This document shows positions 25,867-29,115 of a stretch of 29,115 bases of DNA, piece after piece. The stretch is taken from IMG/VR virus record IMGVR_UViG_3300026270_000021, positions 1-29,115 of that record; one strand, written 5' to 3'. The position numbers and the translations under genes were made by a program. The stretch's first letter is position 1; the number at the start of each line of letters is the position of its first letter. This stretch comes from a virus (taxonomy: Duplodnaviria; Caudoviricetes). The notes beneath the pieces were generated by a model that saw only the letters and a program-made list of their open reading frames with translations, made no database searches and had not been told where the DNA came from.

Positions 25867-25972
25867 TATCACCCGATAAGGAAATCGGAACAAATCACCC
25901 AAGGCAAACTCTCTGATAATCCTTTAAGTCTTATAATGTAAGAGTTTGTTGTTGGACAACATCTATTTACAT

Positions 25973-26167
25973 ATGACACATTTAACAAGAGATGTGTTAA
26001 TCAAGAAAATCGTTGCCAATGAAATGGTAGGTTGCGGTGGAACTGATTACCTTCAGTCTCTCAAGGATGCGTATCACAAATGGGAACATCAGGGAAGTGA
26101 TGTACTCTGTCAAAAGTACAATCAAATAAACAGTACAAATATCACTGTTGAAATACTTGAACCCTAA
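25973..26167 (+). CDS. Small hypothetical protein (64 aa)
   Basis: ATG 25973 follows a structured leader; MTHLTRDVLIKKIVANEM... Confidence 0.7.
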   Translation: MTHLTRDVLIKKIVANEMVGCGGTDYLQSLKDAYHKWEHQGSDVLCQKYNQINSTNITVEILEP

Positions 26168-26182
26168 ATAAAGCTGCCTTGT

Positions 26183-26629
26183 ATGCAGCCAATGCCAGAA
26201 GAAGTTAAGAAAGAAGAACCCAAAAAGAAGGGTCTTCTAGGTAAGATTAAGGAGGCAGCAGATGATAAGGAAGAACAACTTGCAATTCTCTCTACTTTTG
26301 TCCGCCTTGGTATTCTTATCTGGTCTGGTTCAATTCTCACTTTGGCATACATCAAACTACCTCCTGCACTCGGAATACCCGAACAAAAACTGGATCCGAC
26401 ATTCATCGCCAGCGTCTTCACCGGAGTTTTAGCTAGCTTCGGCGTCCAGACCGCTAAAAAGAATGGTGCTAATGGTGGTGGCGGTGGTGCTAGTATCACC
26501 AAAGAACAGATGGAGAAACTAATTGAGAAGGCAGCACAAACTGCACCACATCAAACTCTTCGTATTGAGCAAGCACCAGTTACCTTAAAGGTTGATACAC
26601 CAGATTCTAAAGACTCTTACAAGATGTAA
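26183..26629 (+). CDS. Two-TM membrane protein (start may be 26192)
   Basis: VRLGILIWSGSILTLAYI and DPTFIASVFTGVLASFGV; CTAAATA late-type motif at 26164-26170. Confidence 0.85.
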   Translation: MQPMPEEVKKEEPKKKGLLGKIKEAADDKEEQLAILSTFVRLGILIWSGSILTLAYIKLPPALGIPEQKLDPTFIASVFTGVLASFGVQTAKKNGANGGGGGASITKEQMEKLIEKAAQTAPHQTLRIEQAPVTLKVDTPDSKDSYKM

Positions 26630-26631
26630 CC

Positions 26632-27210
26632 ATGAAACCTTACCTTAAGTGGACTGCCATTAGTGTTGGCAGCGTAATAGCAATTGCTCACGTTGGATTG
26701 TTAGGATACGTTGTTCGTCAACAACCAGAAAGGATTGTTGAAGTTCCGACAATTAATATTCCCCACGGTCCATACTCTTCATATCGAATAGAGGCAGGAA
26801 AGGAAGGTTACAGTATTGAGTATCGTGCAAACGATCCTAAAGTTCTTGAGTCACAAAGATCATTAGATTTAGACAAATCTAGGTCTGGTTTCTTTGGTGG
26901 TAACAGTTCTGAAACTAGATCAGAATATCGCCAAGATCAATACACTATGGAAGGCACTCGTAACATGGGAGGAGGTGTCTTAAATAATGAGGGAAAGTCT
27001 GCAAAAGACATAGAGTGTATCGTGGCGGACGCTGGAGCACGGTCACAAGGTGCAATGGCAGGAACTAGTGTTGCTGCTGGAGTTCTTGTTCCTGCTGTTT
27101 CTAGTATTCCTTACGTTGGATGGTTAGCATCAGGTTGGGCATTATTGCTTGGTCAGAACATCGGATCTGCTGCAGGATCCACTGTCAACTCTATGATTAG
27201 TGACTGTTGA
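26632..27210 (+). CDS. Membrane-anchored protein with C-terminal Gly-zipper-like hairpin
   Basis: N-terminal TM; GAMAGTSVAAG...IPYVGWLASGWALLLGQNIGSAAG flanked by two Cys. Confidence 0.85.
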   Translation: MKPYLKWTAISVGSVIAIAHVGLLGYVVRQQPERIVEVPTINIPHGPYSSYRIEAGKEGYSIEYRANDPKVLESQRSLDLDKSRSGFFGGNSSETRSEYRQDQYTMEGTRNMGGGVLNNEGKSAKDIECIVADAGARSQGAMAGTSVAAGVLVPAVSSIPYVGWLASGWALLLGQNIGSAAGSTVNSMISDC

Positions 27211-27413
27211 ACCTTTTTCTTAGACCACTAGAAAATGCAAATGATCCTGTTTGGAGTGTAATTATTTCCATAATCATACTTCTTGCAGGAGTTACGTATT
27301 ATATCGTCTATATAATGCGTATGGCTTTTGATGAACTGAACGATGCCAAACCAGATCGAATTGAAGGATGCGGAACAGGATCAGGAGATAGCACTCCTGA
27401 AGCACAGAGTTGA
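27207..27413 (+). CDS. Small single-TM protein (TTG start)
   Basis: DPVWSVIISIIILLAGVTYYIVYIM. Confidence 0.7.
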   Translation: MNLFLRPLENANDPVWSVIISIIILLAGVTYYIVYIMRMAFDELNDAKPDRIEGCGTGSGDSTPEAQS

Positions 27414-27693
27414 ACAACTTGAAAAAGACGACGACTCTGATATGGTTAATGAACTTCGTGAAAGAATTCGTAAACTTGAAAAATGGGTTTGGGGTGCTGG
27501 TGCTGTGATTTCTGCAGCAGTTACGATCTTAGGATTGGCAATGGCTGCCGATGCAGGAACACTTGAAAAAGAAGAAATGACTGTTGGTGTTCTGACTCAA
27601 AAAATCAGACAGTATGAAGCAGAAAAGGAAAGAACTCCAGTAGAGGATGTTCTCAAAAACGCATTAAAGGAGTGGGAATTATGGCAGCAATGA
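27343..27693 (+). CDS. Coiled-coil plus TM protein
   Basis: LRERIRKLEKWVW then GAGAVISAAVTILGLAM. Confidence 0.75.
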   Translation: MPNQIELKDAEQDQEIALLKHRVEQLEKDDDSDMVNELRERIRKLEKWVWGAGAVISAAVTILGLAMAADAGTLEKEEMTVGVLTQKIRQYEAEKERTPVEDVLKNALKEWELWQQ

Positions 27694-28139
27694 AACCACC
27701 AAGTCGAAAGTCTTGTTACAACTTTCGTGTAATTGAAATCAATAGAGTTGTTGATGGTGACACCATTGATGTTACTATTGATCTAGGATTTGATCTCTTC
27801 AAAAAAGAAAGAGTGAGAATTGCTGGTGTTGACACACCAGAAAAAAGAACCCGTGATTTGGAGGAAAAGGAACTTGGAATTGATGCAACATACTGGATGG
27901 AAAAACATCTTAGTGACGCGATTGCTGGAGAAGAAGATCTTATTATCCGAACTGAGCTTGTCGGTGGAATGGGTAAATATGGTCGCCTTCTTGGATGGTT
28001 ATACATTGGGGACCAAGAGACTTCCCTAAATGAACAAATGATTGATGAAGGTTATGCTTGGGCATATGATGGTGGAACCAAGCAGAAAAATTTTGAAGAA
28101 CTAAAAGAAATTCGCCGTGCCAAAGGCACGTTAATTTAA
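27681..28139 (+). CDS. Thermonuclease (SNase-like) family nuclease
   Basis: RVVDGDTIDV, RVRIAGVDTPE, KYGRLLG, LNEQMIDEGYA; AAGGAG SD before ATG 27681. Confidence 0.92.
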   Translation: MAAMKPPSRKSCYNFRVIEINRVVDGDTIDVTIDLGFDLFKKERVRIAGVDTPEKRTRDLEEKELGIDATYWMEKHLSDAIAGEEDLIIRTELVGGMGKYGRLLGWLYIGDQETSLNEQMIDEGYAWAYDGGTKQKNFEELKEIRRAKGTLI

Positions 28140-28393
28140 TGCAAAAAATTATTAACTTACTCGCAATATCATCTTTTGCGGTATCTGCCAGTGTTGTTGG
28201 TGCAGGTTCCTATCTTTATCTCAATAAAGATGTCCTTATTGAAGATGCCAGAGGAAAGATCGCTGCTGCAGCAGCAGAAGCAATTGCTGGAGCACTTCCT
28301 GGTATGATGGATTCGGCAATGCCTGAACTTCCTAGTTCAACTGGTGGTGCAATAGGTATGCCTGCTGGTGGTGCTTCTGCCTTGCCCTTCTGA
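28139..28393 (+). CDS. Small membrane-anchored hypothetical protein
   Basis: MQKIINLLAISSFAVSASVVGAGSYLYL; TAATG coupling. Confidence 0.8.
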   Translation: MQKIINLLAISSFAVSASVVGAGSYLYLNKDVLIEDARGKIAAAAAEAIAGALPGMMDSAMPELPSSTGGAIGMPAGGASALPF

Positions 28394-29115
28394 TGCCAAT
28401 CCCCGATATTCGTCTTAATAATATTAGGATAGGCGATATTCCGGAAGTACCAAAGTGGATGTCATCAGATCCACCAATTGCTCTACCTGCCCTACCTCCA
28501 GTTACTATGGAGGTAGGGACTCCTATTGTCAATATTCCTGGATGTGTTCAGGCACATAAAGACAATAAGGAAAATGTAAACTTAAAGGAAGCAGACGATA
28601 AAGGTATAATGACCCTGTGTGATGCAGGCACACCGTATTATACTGCTATTGATTATGATAGAAATAAAATTATATTAGAACAGGAACCACCTCCACCACC
28701 TGCATATAAACCACCACCAAAACCTGAAGCACCAGAGGCACCAGCATCCCCTAGAGTTCCTAAGACAGAGGCACCGTTACCTGAGTGCCCTACCAGAGCA
28801 CAGCAATTAAAAGACCCTATCGGTAAGGTTGTAGAAGGAAATAGAAAGATTGTTGCATACGAAACAGTCGGGAAAGAATGTCTCCCTGTGTTTGAGGAGT
28901 TATCTATTCCCGATCAAATTGTTCAGAATATACCATCAGCAGGTATGGTTACTACTACCGCCTCAATTGCTGTGGTAGCGACAAGTTCTGCGTTGCTTGC
29001 AAAGCCTCTTGCTGACCTTTTGTTAAAGGTTGTGAAACCGACTGTGAAGAAGGTGATGAAGAAGATTGCGACCTTACGGGGTAAGAAGATCCCGGTACAA
29101 TCGAAGTCTGAGAAG
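28393..29115 (+). CDS. Pro-rich hypothetical protein, 3'-truncated by window edge (not in ORF track)
   Basis: TGATG coupling; open frame MPIPDIRLNN...PGCVQAH...LCDAGTP...EPPPPPAYKPPPKP...hydrophobic TTASIAVVATSSALLA to the window end. Confidence 0.85.
   Translation, partial: MPIPDIRLNNIRIGDIPEVPKWMSSDPPIALPALPPVTMEVGTPIVNIPGCVQAHKDNKENVNLKEADDKGIMTLCDAGTPYYTAIDYDRNKIILEQEPPPPPAYKPPPKPEAPEAPASPRVPKTEAPLPECPTRAQQLKDPIGKVVEGNRKIVAYETVGKECLPVFEELSIPDQIVQNIPSAGMVTTTASIAVVATSSALLAKPLADLLLKVVKPTVKKVMKKIATLRGKKIPVQSKSEK

Overview
A 29 kb segment of a T4-like marine cyanomyovirus genome (Kyanoviridae-type, inferred from gene content and order). The core replication and nucleotide genes appear in the usual cyanophage order: hsp20, two small conserved ORFs, gp43 DNA polymerase, uvsX, gp41 helicase, mazG, then cytidyltransferase-like gene, gp61 primase, nrdA and nrdB. 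Between them lie a tRNA-Ala(UGC), a PD-(D/E)XK nuclease, late-promoter-driven low-complexity proteins (two carry T4 capsid-targeting-like N-termini), an inverted trio of paralogous virion-type Ig-like proteins, a GIY-YIG nuclease, a HEXXH metallopeptidase, an SNase-like nuclease and a membrane-protein cluster. The most notable signals are: (1) a ROSE-like RNA thermometer in the hsp20 leader, (2) a putative set of capsid-packaged or injected internal proteins with basic C-terminal tails, (3) an I-TevI-style early-silencing hairpin before the GIY-YIG gene, and (4) two structured intergenic RNA candidates. All calls come from reading the sequence; no searches were run.
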